NCBI GenBank assembly: GCA_041483895.1
Contig: JBGPGO010000001.1
Coordinates: 445,856-509,855, forward strand
Direction: 5' to 3'
Length of the DNA stretch: 64,000 nt
DNA from: Fimbriimonadia bacterium
Lineage (GTDB): Bacteria; Armatimonadota; Fimbriimonadia; Fimbriimonadales; JABRVX01
The notes under the pieces were generated by a model. That model was not told where the DNA came from, did no database searches, and worked only from the letters and a program-made list of their open reading frames with translations. The position numbers and the translations under genes are program-made. Positions 10,090 through 19,110 of the stretch are shown one piece after another. How positions within the stretch are numbered: position 1 is the stretch's first letter; the number at the start of each line of letters is the position of its first letter.

Positions 10090-11237
10090 GCCGCGCCCCC
10101 TCTCTCTAATGCCAGGCGGATGATCTCATGCACCAGGCGTCCTTCATGCGTCACGAGCGTTCCTTTGATGATCTCGTCCGTCATGTCTATTTCCAAATCG
10201 CCGTCCTTTAGCATGAGGCCCAAAAACGAGGAGATATTCTTGGAGTACATTCGGCTGGCATCGCAGGCCATGCGGCCGATCAGGTCCGTCTGACCAATGA
10301 TCGTAACTCCGTCTTTGACAATGTTCTGACCCGGAACCGTCGCCTCGCAGTTGCCGCCGTTGGTCGCGGCAATATCGACGATTACGGAACCCGGCCGCAT
10401 TTTCCTGACCATCTCGTTCGTGATCAGCGTCGGAGCGGGCTTGCCTGGGATCAGCGCAGTCGTGATCACGGCGTTCACGTGTGGCAGCCGCGATGCGATC
10501 AGCTCCAGCTCCCGGGCGTGGGTGTCTCCGCTTACCTCTTTCGCATATCCGCTGGCATCCTCGGCTTCTTCGGTAAGGAGCGACATTCCGACAAACTTGC
10601 CCCCCAAGCTCTCAATTTGCTCTTTGACCGCCGGCCGGACGTCGAATGCCTCAACGATTGCGCCGAGCCGGCGGCAGGTCGCTATCGCTTGCAAACCCGA
10701 TACCCCGGCGCCGATGACGAAAATACGGGCCGGGGGCAAGGTTCCCGCCGCGGTCATGAGCATCGGGAAAAACATCGGCAGCGCGTCCGCGCACAGAATG
10801 GCGGCCTGATAGCCCGCGATTGTGCTCATGGAGGAGATAGCGTCCATGCTCTGAGCGCGGGAGATCCGGGGCATCATATCCATCGCGAACGCCGATATCT
10901 GATGGGCGCAAAGAGTCTCAATAATGGCTGAATTTGCGGTCGGCATCAAAAAAGACACCAATACGGTGCCTGGTCGGAGGGCCTCGATCTCCTCCACGGT
11001 TGGCGGAAGCACTTTGAGCACGACCTCCGCCCCGCCCACAGTTGTTGCGAAATCAGGACAAATGTCCGCTCCCACCTCGGCATAGGCTTCGTCGGGGCAT
11101 AAACTCGCTGCACCTGCCTGCGATTGTACGGACAGCTTCGTCCCTTTGCCGATGAGCTCCTTCGCTCCGTCCGGCGTGAGCGCGACCCTGCGCTCATCTC
11201 GGGCCGATTCCTTCGGCACCGCAATCCTCATTTTCAC
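10086..11237 (-). CDS. pntAa: NAD(P) transhydrogenase alpha subunit, soluble part
   Basis: ERRVALTP, RAQSMDA, GAGVSGLQA, TTALIPGKPAP. Confidence 0.95.
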   Translation of the reverse strand: MKMRIAVPKESARDERRVALTPDGAKELIGKGTKLSVQSQAGAASLCPDEAYAEVGADICPDFATTVGGAEVVLKVLPPTVEEIEALRPGTVLVSFLMPTANSAIIETLCAHQISAFAMDMMPRISRAQSMDAISSMSTIAGYQAAILCADALPMFFPMLMTAAGTLPPARIFVIGAGVSGLQAIATCRRLGAIVEAFDVRPAVKEQIESLGGKFVGMSLLTEEAEDASGYAKEVSGDTHARELELIASRLPHVNAVITTALIPGKPAPTLITNEMVRKMRPGSVIVDIAATNGGNCEATVPGQNIVKDGVTIIGQTDLIGRMACDASRMYSKNISSFLGLMLKDGDLEIDMTDEIIKGTLVTHEGRLVHEIIRLALERGGAA

Positions 11238-11277
11238 TCCAAGTACCCGGTTGGGGCGCTTGGATTATACCTAAAGC

Positions 11278-11802
11278 CTACGGACCGCCAAGACCATTGT
11301 TGGGCTTCGTTTCTGTCGGTTTATCTACCGGCTTGACTTCCGGCTTCTTCTCTTCGGCGGCCGGAATCGGACCAACCATCGAGGTGACTGCGCCATTTAC
11401 GTAGGTGAGCACCATGCGGTAGTACTTGGCTTCCTTAGGCGGGGCCTTGGTCAGGGAGAGCGGAAGCTGCTCAAACCGATACCGCCAAATCTCTTTCTTG
11501 CTCTTGTCCAGGAACGCTATGAACGCCCCGTTCAGGAAGTCGGAGTTACCGGCCCACGATATTCGAACTTGGCCGTCCTTCAAAACGTCCACGTCGAAGC
11601 TCTCGCTATTGCGTGGAACGATGTTGCTCAGAGGTGAGCCGGATACGGTATCGGAACCGTTGAGGAATAACGGGGCGTTGGTGTTGAACGGCACGATACG
11701 AGTTCCCGGACCTACGGGCAGAGTGTCCTGATTCGGGTCAATTTGCTGGGCATTGGCGCCCGCAAACGCACAAAGTAAGAACGCAGCGACTGCAAACCTC
11801 AT
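11278..11802 (-). CDS. Secreted hypothetical protein
   Basis: Signal peptide MRFAVAAFLLCAFAGANA; GGAGG RBS. Confidence 0.75.
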   Translation of the reverse strand: MRFAVAAFLLCAFAGANAQQIDPNQDTLPVGPGTRIVPFNTNAPLFLNGSDTVSGSPLSNIVPRNSESFDVDVLKDGQVRISWAGNSDFLNGAFIAFLDKSKKEIWRYRFEQLPLSLTKAPPKEAKYYRMVLTYVNGAVTSMVGPIPAAEEKKPEVKPVDKPTETKPNNGLGGP

Positions 11803-11841
11803 GACTTCTACCTCCTATTCAAACAAGCGTCACAACTTATC

Positions 11842-11869
11842 AGACGACTCGGACCGCCCTCCGTGTTCC
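11842..11869 (-). promoter_or_regulatory. ECF-sigma-type promoter
   Basis: Minus strand GGAAC-N17-TCGTCT upstream of 11802. Confidence 0.45.
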
Positions 11870-11913
11870 AAAACCCCGCCAAGCCGAAAGTCTCAATTTC
11901 TTTACCCTCCCTA

Positions 11914-11943
11914 TTGACAAAGCCGGATTGTGCCGACCAAACT
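11914..11943 (+). promoter_or_regulatory. Sigma-70 promoter for the leader/ABC operon
   Basis: TTGACA-N18-CAAACT. Confidence 0.4.
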
Positions 11944-11995
11944 GATTATGCAGGCGAATGTGCGCCTAGATTTCAGAAGGAGGAGCCGAAGTACG

Positions 11996-12094
11996 ATGAA
12001 GTTCACCGATCGCTTCATTCCACAGCGACTGGCAGGCACCGGCTCTGCCCTTCGTGGCGTCATTGCGTCCGCAATATGGGGGAATATGTATTAG
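11996..12094 (+). CDS. Putative 32-aa leader peptide MKFTDRFIPQRLAGTGSALRGVIASAIWGNMY
   Basis: AAGGAGG RBS; the ORF contains the antiterminator arm; not in the ORF track. Confidence 0.55.
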   Translation: MKFTDRFIPQRLAGTGSALRGVIASAIWGNMY

Positions 12095-12122
12095 GTAGCC
12101 CCCTCCTTCTCAAGACGTATTG

Positions 12123-12154
12123 ACGCCGCGTGGAGAACATCCCGTGGCGTTTTT
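12123..12154 (+). terminator. Attenuator terminator
   Basis: ACGCCGCG-T-GGA-GAACA-TCC-CGTGGCGT-TTTT. Confidence 0.65.
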
Positions 12155-12192
12155 GCGCATTTGCCCCCGCCGGCAGCCAGCGCTCCCCATAA

Positions 12193-12231
12193 TCCCCTCC
12201 CCCGCTTGCGGGGGAGGGTTAGGGTGGGGGC
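12193..12231. repeat. REP-like palindrome, family A
   Basis: CCCCTCCCCCGCTTGCGGGGGAGGGTTAGGGTGGGGG; inverted copies at 14341, 56157 and 56256. Confidence 0.8.
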
Positions 12232-12270
12232 TCTTTCAAACCCGGCCCCGCCCGACAAAGGAGATTATCC

Positions 12271-13164
12271 TTGGAAACCTTAGTTCTAGAAAATGACAAG
12301 CCAAGCGGCGATGCCCGCGTTCCGGTCGCGATCGGGGTCTACAGCGTCGAGAAGAGCTTCTATGAATCGGAAGACGAGGGTGAGCGCCTGATCGACTGGC
12401 GTCGATTTCTCCCCAAACTGGGCGCCAAGCGGACGGTCAAGAAGGCCGTGGACGGCATCTCCTTCGAAGTGCCGGAGGGCGAGGTGTTTGGCGTTCTGGG
12501 CCCAAACGGGTCGGGAAAGTCAACGCTGATTCGAATGTTGGCCACGCTGCTGATACCGGATGCCGGGCGGCTGGAGGTCTTTGGCGTGGACGTCGTCAAG
12601 CACTCGCTCCAGGCAAGGACGCTGATCAACCGCGTGTCCGTCGAAGCCAGCTTTTTCAAAACGCTGTCCACTGCGGAAAACCTGCTGCACAGCGCCCGAT
12701 TGTACGGGTTGGACATCAACGAAGCGAAGAATCGGGCCTTCGATGCGCTGGAGCGGCTTGGATTCGAGATGAAACGATTGGACAGACCGGTCCAATATCT
12801 CTCCCGAGGCCAGCAGCAAAAGGTGGCGATCACGCGGGCCTTCATCACACGGCCGCGCGTGCTGCTGCTGGACGAGCCGACCACCGGGTTGGACCCGCGT
12901 TCCAAGCGAGAAGTGCAGGCGTTCGTCCGGATGCTGCGCTCCGAGCACAACGTGACCATCCTGATCACGACGCACGACATGGCGGAAGCGGAAGAGATGT
13001 GCGATCGCATCGCCATCATGAACATCGGCAAGATGGCGGCCTGCGGCACAGCCGATGGACTAAAGAAATTGGCGGCAAAGAACGGCGAGACCCCATCCAT
13101 GGAGGACGTCTTCATGACCCTGACGGGCAAGTCGTTTGAAGCCGCGGAGGAAGAGGAAAAATGA
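12271..13164 (+). CDS. ABC exporter ATP-binding subunit (DrrA-like)
   Basis: GPNGSGKST, LSRGQQQK, LLLDEPT. Confidence 0.92.
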   Translation: METLVLENDKPSGDARVPVAIGVYSVEKSFYESEDEGERLIDWRRFLPKLGAKRTVKKAVDGISFEVPEGEVFGVLGPNGSGKSTLIRMLATLLIPDAGRLEVFGVDVVKHSLQARTLINRVSVEASFFKTLSTAENLLHSARLYGLDINEAKNRAFDALERLGFEMKRLDRPVQYLSRGQQQKVAITRAFITRPRVLLLDEPTTGLDPRSKREVQAFVRMLRSEHNVTILITTHDMAEAEEMCDRIAIMNIGKMAACGTADGLKKLAAKNGETPSMEDVFMTLTGKSFEAAEEEEK

Positions 13165-14339
13165 CAACAATCGAACAGATGACAGAAAAAGATGTGGCCG
13201 GCGCATGCCGTCTTTGGAGCTTCTGCTTCGATCATGGCAAGGCGCGCGAGCGCACGTTCGAGCAGATTACAACGGAGGCTGACGGCTTTGTGGCAAAGGC
13301 GGATGGGCAGTTCGTGGGAGCCTACATCAATCGCCTGCTCGACATGTCCTACGACGGGCAGTTCGTCCCAATCGGCGCAATCGCGGCGGTCGGGACGGAG
13401 CTGGCCTCCCGTGGGTCCGGCGTGGCACGAGCGATGATGCAGCATGCGGTCCGACATAACCGGGAAATCGGACGCCCGGTCAGCATGCTGTATCCGTTCT
13501 CGGTCAAGTTCTATCGCGATTTGGGATGGGAGCTGGCGGGGACCAACTACTTCGTCAGCCTCGGCCTTAAAGATGTTCGGCCGGGACCGGAGACGGACCG
13601 GGTGCGAGCCGTGACTGCAACGGAATTCGATTCCGTGTACGACCGTTTCGCGCAGCGATATCGCGGGTGCATGAAGCGGACGCCGTATATATGGGAGCGC
13701 GTGCTCAAGCCTGTGGACGGCGAGCACCGGTTCATGTATGTGTACGAGGGCGACGCCGGGCCGGAAGGGTTCATGCACTTCTGCTTCGGCAGCCAGTACT
13801 ACAACGATGAGCTGCAAAGACCCGGCGAGGTGTTCGTCCGCGATCTGATCGCGCTGACGCCCGCCGCGCATCGCGGCCTGGTCGGCACGCTCGCGAGGCT
13901 CAAGATGCAGGTTGAACGTGTGTGCTGGGAGGTCCCGGCAGACGATCCGGTGTTTTTCGAACCGTACGATCACAACCGGGTTGCCACTCTTACCTCGGAG
14001 CGGATGTTCCGCGTGGTGGACGCCGAGAAGCTGCTCGCCAGGCCCTCCGAAGGACCCGTGTCCGGCGAGTACACCATCCGGATCATGGACGACGAGTGGG
14101 CCGGCGGGCCACAGACCTACCTAGTCCGGCTTGAGGATGGGACGCCGCGGGTGTTCCCTTCCTCGGCGACGCCGTCGATTGAAATGACACAGCGGGCGTT
14201 CGCCCAGTGCTGGGTCGGGGATCCATCCGCCGAGCCGCTGCGCCGCGCGGGCCACATCCAGGTGCACGATGACAACCAGTTCGGGACCTTCCGGTCCCAC
14301 TTCGGACCAGGGACGTTCATGACATGCGACCCGTTTTGA
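13161..14339 (+). CDS. Eis-like GNAT acetyltransferase with SCP2-like C-terminus
   Basis: AAVGT..RGSGVARAMM, SMLYPF..FYRDLGWE, MFRVVD, C-terminal DPF. Confidence 0.85.
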   Translation: MTTIEQMTEKDVAGACRLWSFCFDHGKARERTFEQITTEADGFVAKADGQFVGAYINRLLDMSYDGQFVPIGAIAAVGTELASRGSGVARAMMQHAVRHNREIGRPVSMLYPFSVKFYRDLGWELAGTNYFVSLGLKDVRPGPETDRVRAVTATEFDSVYDRFAQRYRGCMKRTPYIWERVLKPVDGEHRFMYVYEGDAGPEGFMHFCFGSQYYNDELQRPGEVFVRDLIALTPAAHRGLVGTLARLKMQVERVCWEVPADDPVFFEPYDHNRVATLTSERMFRVVDAEKLLARPSEGPVSGEYTIRIMDDEWAGGPQTYLVRLEDGTPRVFPSSATPSIEMTQRAFAQCWVGDPSAEPLRRAGHIQVHDDNQFGTFRSHFGPGTFMTCDPF

Positions 14340-14340
14340 A

Positions 14341-14436
14341 CCCCCACCCTAACCCTCCCCCGCAAGCGGGGAGGGGATTGGGGAGCGCTGGCTTCTAGCC
14401 GGCATTGCGTCTTGTAACGCTGGCTTCCAGCCGGCA
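14341..14436. repeat. REP cluster: one family A copy and two family B variants
   Basis: CCCCCACCCTAACCCTCCCCCGCAAGCGGGGAGGGG, then GCGCTGGCTTCTAGCCGGCA and GTAACGCTGGCTTCCAGCCGGCA. Confidence 0.7.
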
Positions 14437-14450
14437 AAAGGAGGTTGACA

Positions 14451-15284
14451 ATGATTGCCAATCCGGTACTACCGATCCGTGCGGCCCTCAGCTTCACGGA
14501 ACGACAATTCATGCTGATCAAACGGCTCTGGGGCTGGGAAGCGATGTTTCTCTTCTACACGCTCTGCAGCACGATGGCAATCGGCTACCTGGCCACCTCT
14601 CTCGGTGAAGGCGGCACAGTCGTGTCCCAGGCGAAGGTCAACGAGATCACAATCTCGCTGCTTGTCGGGACATTGCTGTGGGGCTACCTATCGACGCTGT
14701 TCTGGGAGCTGAGCGCCACCATGTCTTGGGAGCGCTGGGAAGGGACGATTGAATACACGTTCATGGCCCCCGTTTCCCGCGCCGCGCACATCTTCGGCAT
14801 GAGCATCTACGCGATCGTCTATTCGCTTTGCCGGGCCGGGGCGACGCTAGGCATTGTTGTGCTGACGTTCAGCATCGGGTTTCATAACGCCAACTGGCTT
14901 GCCGCGTTCATTGTCCTCTTAACGGCGACGGCGTCGTTTGTGGGCATCGGGATCATGGTCTCCGTGCTCCCGCTGCTCGCACCGGAAAAAGGACAGATGA
15001 TCGTAGGCGCTGTCGAAGGCGGCATGCTGCTGGTGTCGGGTGTTTACTACCCGATCAGCGTCCTGCCGACATGGATGCAATACGTTGCGAAGCTGTCCCC
15101 GGCCACCTATACGCTGGAGGGGATCCGGGCGGCGCTGATCAAGGGAGCGGGCCTGACGGAACTCGCGCCGCAACTGATGATCCTGGCTCTGATGGGAGTG
15201 CTCTTTATCCCGCTCGGGCTGTATCTATTCGGCGTGGCCGAGATCTATTGCAAGCGGACGGGGCGATTGAAGCGCAGCGGCTAG
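14451..15284 (+). CDS. ABC-2 type permease
   Basis: ERWEGTIEYTFMAP, SGVYYPISVLPTW; multiple TMs; AGGAGG RBS. Confidence 0.9.
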   Translation: MIANPVLPIRAALSFTERQFMLIKRLWGWEAMFLFYTLCSTMAIGYLATSLGEGGTVVSQAKVNEITISLLVGTLLWGYLSTLFWELSATMSWERWEGTIEYTFMAPVSRAAHIFGMSIYAIVYSLCRAGATLGIVVLTFSIGFHNANWLAAFIVLLTATASFVGIGIMVSVLPLLAPEKGQMIVGAVEGGMLLVSGVYYPISVLPTWMQYVAKLSPATYTLEGIRAALIKGAGLTELAPQLMILALMGVLFIPLGLYLFGVAEIYCKRTGRLKRSG

Positions 15285-15343
15285 CCAGCAATGGCAGCCG
15301 CTCGCCTTCAGTTTCTACGATCCAATTCGCTAGAATGGAACTC

Positions 15344-15715
15344 ATGAACGTAATCTCAAAGTTGTCGCGCCAATGGAGAGCTTTATTTTTCCCATCTACA
15401 TTCCCAGCGGGAAAGCTTCCGGATGAATTTGAGAGACTCAAGGAAGTTCTCGGCGTTATCGGTGGTATGTCACAGGATGAGGAAGTGGAATCGACCAAAC
15501 TGCTATCGGATTCAATAAGGCATCTATCCCTTAGTCAGTTGAAGGAGCTACGCAAAGAGATCGACGACTTACAGGCGAGAGAGCCCTTTCCTATCGACGC
15601 GCTTGAGAACGAACTCACTGTGACCTTCGCCTCGGCAGCCAAAGGGTATGAATGGCTTCGACAATTTCGGGGCCAGGTTGAAAAGCGTCTCGCCGATAAT
15701 TGGCCTGGTCGTTGA
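15344..15715 (+). CDS. Hypothetical helical protein, possibly CdiI-like immunity protein
   Basis: Lower-GC ORF; start at 15335 or 15344; loose CdiI-like pattern. Confidence 0.5.
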   Translation: MNVISKLSRQWRALFFPSTFPAGKLPDEFERLKEVLGVIGGMSQDEEVESTKLLSDSIRHLSLSQLKELRKEIDDLQAREPFPIDALENELTVTFASAAKGYEWLRQFRGQVEKRLADNWPGR

Positions 15716-15753
15716 GATACGAAAACACTTGCATTTCATCGACGATCGCATCG

Positions 15754-16785
15754 TCAACATTCTGACAACAGACCCCATCGCAGGCCGCGGACGGAGACCC
15801 GAATTGTCTCGACTTTGAGCAGGTACATGCACCGCTCGAGGATGAGCGCGCCGGCATGGATCATCGGTCCTCTGCCGGATTCCATGCCGGGGAAGGCCTG
15901 CCGCTCGTCCGCCGAGAGTCGGCATAACACGCCGGCGTTCTTCCCTACCCATTCATAGTCCAGCTCGGCGCCATGCACCGCGTCCGGATTGAAATCCAAT
16001 CCCCGGCGAATCGAGGCGAGATTGACGCCCGTTGCGCCGATAGTCACAACCATGGAGGGCTCTATCTTGGAGGGCTCCGCTCTGTCGGAGCCGGATTTGG
16101 GAGGCGTACTTTCGGCTCCGATGGAACGGAGCCCTCCAAGGCATTCATCGATATATTTGAAGGCGCGGAAGATGGCGGCCTCGTCGCATGGACCGTAGCC
16201 GAGAACGTCTTGGATGAGACGTAGCGATCCGATGGGATGGCTGACCGCGCTGTCGGCGGTCGAAAACTCGGTCGATGCTCCACCGATATCGACCACCGTC
16301 AATATCGGCGTATTGCCAAACGCCGGATCCTCCGCCACGGAAAGGAACCCGTATCGGGCCTCTTCTTCCCCGGTCAGAACGCGGATGCGTATCCCTTCAT
16401 GCAGCAAGGGGCGCTCCAATTCGGAGCGGTTTTGCGCGCTTCTCACCGCTTGTGTTCCCACAACCGTCACGCGATCCGCGCCATGCAAGTGTGCGGCGCG
16501 ATGAAGATGAATCACGGCCTCGGCGGTGCGTCGCATGGATTCGGGCGAGAGGGTGATGGCAGGCGGCTCCGTTGGAACGGAGCCCTCCAAAGAAGAGCCC
16601 TCCAAAGAAGAGCCCTCCAGAACGGAGCCCACTAAGAGCGGCTCCGACGGAGCGGAGCCCTCCAAGAGACGGGTGATCACGCATTCTTCCCACACGCGGC
16701 GCCAAGGAGTGTCGTCCTCGCGTTCCGCCACCAAGCCGAGCACGGAGGTGGACCCGACGTCAATCACACCGGTCCGGCGAAGCAT
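15754..16785 (-). CDS. ppx: Ppx/GppA family phosphatase with two in-frame palindromic insertions
   Basis: VIDVGSTS, LTGEEEARY, DIGGASTEFS, GLRWGLL. Confidence 0.85.
   Translation of the reverse strand: MLRRTGVIDVGSTSVLGLVAEREDDTPWRRVWEECVITRLLEGSAPSEPLLVGSVLEGSSLEGSSLEGSVPTEPPAITLSPESMRRTAEAVIHLHRAAHLHGADRVTVVGTQAVRSAQNRSELERPLLHEGIRIRVLTGEEEARYGFLSVAEDPAFGNTPILTVVDIGGASTEFSTADSAVSHPIGSLRLIQDVLGYGPCDEAAIFRAFKYIDECLGGLRSIGAESTPPKSGSDRAEPSKIEPSMVVTIGATGVNLASIRRGLDFNPDAVHGAELDYEWVGKNAGVLCRLSADERQAFPGMESGRGPMIHAGALILERCMYLLKVETIRVSVRGLRWGLLSEC
16053..16140. repeat. REP family C inverted pair inside ppx
   Basis: TTGGAGGGCTCCGCTCTGTCGGAGCCG ... CGGCTCCGATGGAACGGAGCCCTCCAA. Confidence 0.75.
16563..16664. 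repeat. REP family C cluster with 15-bp tandem units inside ppx
   Basis: Two CGGCTCCG..CGGAGCCCTCCA copies flanking tandem AGAAGAGCCCTCCAA-like units. Confidence 0.75.
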
Positions 16786-17688
16786 CTAACGGATGTTGTT
16801 TCGCGCGACGATGTTGTCGGGATCGGTTTCCAGAACGCGCAGAAATTCCGCTTGGGCCGCCAAGGGCTGATCCGAATCGCGGAAAGTGACAGCCAAGTGC
16901 AATCGGGCCTCCACATAGTTCGGGTTGACTTCCAGCGCCTGGTTGAACTGCTGAATGCTCTGCTCGACTTTCCCCAACGCATGCAGCGCGAGACCGTAAT
17001 GGCATCGCAAGTCGGCGAATTTTGGCTTGATCGCCAGTGCCTTCTCGTACTCTTCCGCCGCCTGTTGGTAGAGGCCCTTCTTGTACAGACCATCCGCTAA
17101 CCGGGCATGGGACATCACGTCGTCCAGCGCCTCGGGAATCGACTCCAGCGCCACCATCGCCGTCTCATGTTCGCCGCTTTCGGATAGACCCTTGGCCCGT
17201 TCATAGCGGTCGTTGCGGAGCGAAGGATCGAGGGAGATCGCCTGCTCCGCGCGCTTCAATCCGCTCTCATATTCACCCTGTTGGTAGGCCTGGATGCCCT
17301 GCTCCAAAATCGCTTTGGCGAACTTGGGATTTAGGACCAAAGCCTCCGCGATATGGCCCTGCGCGACCTCGATGTCGCCGGCCTTGCGAGCCGCGACCGC
17401 CAGATAGTAGTGCAGGTCCGGATAGTTGGGGTGGATTTCCAGCGCGCTCACAAACTGCTTTGCCGCAGCCGAATAATCGTTGCGCTTAAGAGCCTGTTGC
17501 CCGAGCTGAGAATAGGCCTCGGCGCTGTAGAATTTCGCCAGCCGAGTGACCATCGAATCCTGCGGCTTCTGCAGAACCGCCACGAAGAGATCGATGGCCT
17601 CCTGATAGTTGCCCTCGTCGTAATATCGAATGGCGCGATCGTAGTTCTCATCGCGGCCATAGCCCATCATGCGTCCGACTACCGACAT
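16786..17688 (-). CDS. TPR repeat protein
   Basis: Repeated ALEIHPNYPD, ALAIKPKFAD, ALEVNPNYVEA. Confidence 0.9.
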   Translation of the reverse strand: MSVVGRMMGYGRDENYDRAIRYYDEGNYQEAIDLFVAVLQKPQDSMVTRLAKFYSAEAYSQLGQQALKRNDYSAAAKQFVSALEIHPNYPDLHYYLAVAARKAGDIEVAQGHIAEALVLNPKFAKAILEQGIQAYQQGEYESGLKRAEQAISLDPSLRNDRYERAKGLSESGEHETAMVALESIPEALDDVMSHARLADGLYKKGLYQQAAEEYEKALAIKPKFADLRCHYGLALHALGKVEQSIQQFNQALEVNPNYVEARLHLAVTFRDSDQPLAAQAEFLRVLETDPDNIVARNNIR

Positions 17689-17709
17689 TTTCGTCCCTCC
17701 GATTTGGGG

Positions 17710-19008
17710 TTACGAGGCAGCGCGACCGATGCCATAGTACTCGAAACCCGCCTTGCTCGCCCGCGCCGGGTCATAAATGTTGCGGCCGTCGAACAGATAG
17801 GGCCGCCGGACAATGGCGCGGAGCCGCTCAAGATTGAGCTGCTTGAATTCATTCCATTCCGTAACGATGAGCACGGCGTCCGCACCCTCCGCCGCTTCGT
17901 ACGCGTTGGCGCAGTAGGTGATCTCCGGATAGAGTTTGCGGAAGTTCTCCGTCGCGACCGCATCGTAGGCACGGATCTTCGCCCCGTCCGCCAGGAGCAT
18001 TTTCACGATCTCGATCGATTTCGCATCGCGCAGGTCGTCCGTGTTGGGTTTGAATGCCAGTCCGAGCACGGCAATCGTCGCGCCATCGAGGGTGCCGAGG
18101 CGCTGACGCACCTTGTTCACAAACCGTATCGGCTGGTCTACGTTGATGCGGTAGGTCTCTTCCAAAAGCTCCAGCGGATAGTCCAGTTTTCGGGCGGTGC
18201 TGATCAGGCCCAAAACATCTTTCGGGAAGCAGCTTCCGCCCCATCCCAGCCCCGCGTTTAGGAATGCGGAACCGATGCGATTATCGTAGCCCATCCCTTT
18301 GCTGACCTGCATCACGTCCGCGCCGCACTCCTCGCACAGATTGGCGATGGCGTTGATGAAGCTGATCTTCATCGCGAGGAAGCAGTTGGAGGCGTATTTG
18401 ATGATTTCCGCGCTGGCAAGGTCGGTGATCAGCATCGGGCGCTCGATCGGCGCGTACAGCTCCACCAGCTTGTTCGCGGCTTCTCGGCGAGAGGAGCCGA
18501 TGACGATTCGATCTGGGCACAGCGTATCGTGGATGGCCGAGCCCTCGCGAAGGAATTCGGGATTGGAAACCACATCAAAACTGTCCGGTCTCGCCCCGCC
18601 GGCGAGCAGCAGATCGCGCACCCAATCGCCCGTTCCTACCGGCACTGTGGATTTGTTGACGACGACGGTGTAGTGATCGATGTTCGGGCCGATCTGTTTC
18701 GCGACCGCCTCGACCTGACTGAGGTCGGGTACGCCGTCCTCGCCCGACGGGGTGCCGACCGCAATGAACACCACATCCGCCCAGCGAACGGCGTCGGCCA
18801 ACTCCGTTGTGAAGACGAGCCGGTTCTCCGCCAGGCCACGCGTGATCAGCTCGTCAATCCCCGGTTCATAGATCGGGGACTTCCCTTTTCGGAGCATGTC
18901 GATCTTCGCCGCGTCCTTATCGATGCAGCGGACTTCGTTGCCGAGGTCCGCAAAAACAACTCCGGTCACAAGACCGACATAGCCGGTGCCAACGACGCAA
19001 ATATTCAT
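17710..19008 (-). CDS. ugd: UDP-glucose 6-dehydrogenase
   Basis: VGTGYVG, NKSTVPVG, NPEFLREG, GGSCFPKD. Confidence 0.95.
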   Translation of the reverse strand: MNICVVGTGYVGLVTGVVFADLGNEVRCIDKDAAKIDMLRKGKSPIYEPGIDELITRGLAENRLVFTTELADAVRWADVVFIAVGTPSGEDGVPDLSQVEAVAKQIGPNIDHYTVVVNKSTVPVGTGDWVRDLLLAGGARPDSFDVVSNPEFLREGSAIHDTLCPDRIVIGSSRREAANKLVELYAPIERPMLITDLASAEIIKYASNCFLAMKISFINAIANLCEECGADVMQVSKGMGYDNRIGSAFLNAGLGWGGSCFPKDVLGLISTARKLDYPLELLEETYRINVDQPIRFVNKVRQRLGTLDGATIAVLGLAFKPNTDDLRDAKSIEIVKMLLADGAKIRAYDAVATENFRKLYPEITYCANAYEAAEGADAVLIVTEWNEFKQLNLERLRAIVRRPYLFDGRNIYDPARASKAGFEYYGIGRAAS

Positions 19009-19062
19009 GGATTACTCTAGTTTTCGGCAGATTCTTGCCTGAATTGGACCCTGATGAACCCT

Positions 19063-19090
19063 TTACGGCATGGTACCGCTTACCAGGCGG
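19063..19090 (-). repeat. Copy 3 of the rseP 3' end
   Basis: Plus strand TTACGGCATGGTACCGCTTACCAGGCGG (reads RLVSGTMP* on minus). Confidence 0.85.
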
Positions 19091-19110
19091 CTATTGCCTA
19101 CGAGACCGGG

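Noticed and set aside
11996-12154. Type I toxin mRNA
   Set aside because: SD sequestration fits, but the peptide lacks a clear TM helix and the antiterminator geometry fits attenuation better. Not fully excluded.
12360-13973. 537-aa antisense ORF and similar long shadow ORFs (57609-58901, 28572-29513, 39055-39963)
   Set aside because: Antisense to well-supported genes; expected at high GC.
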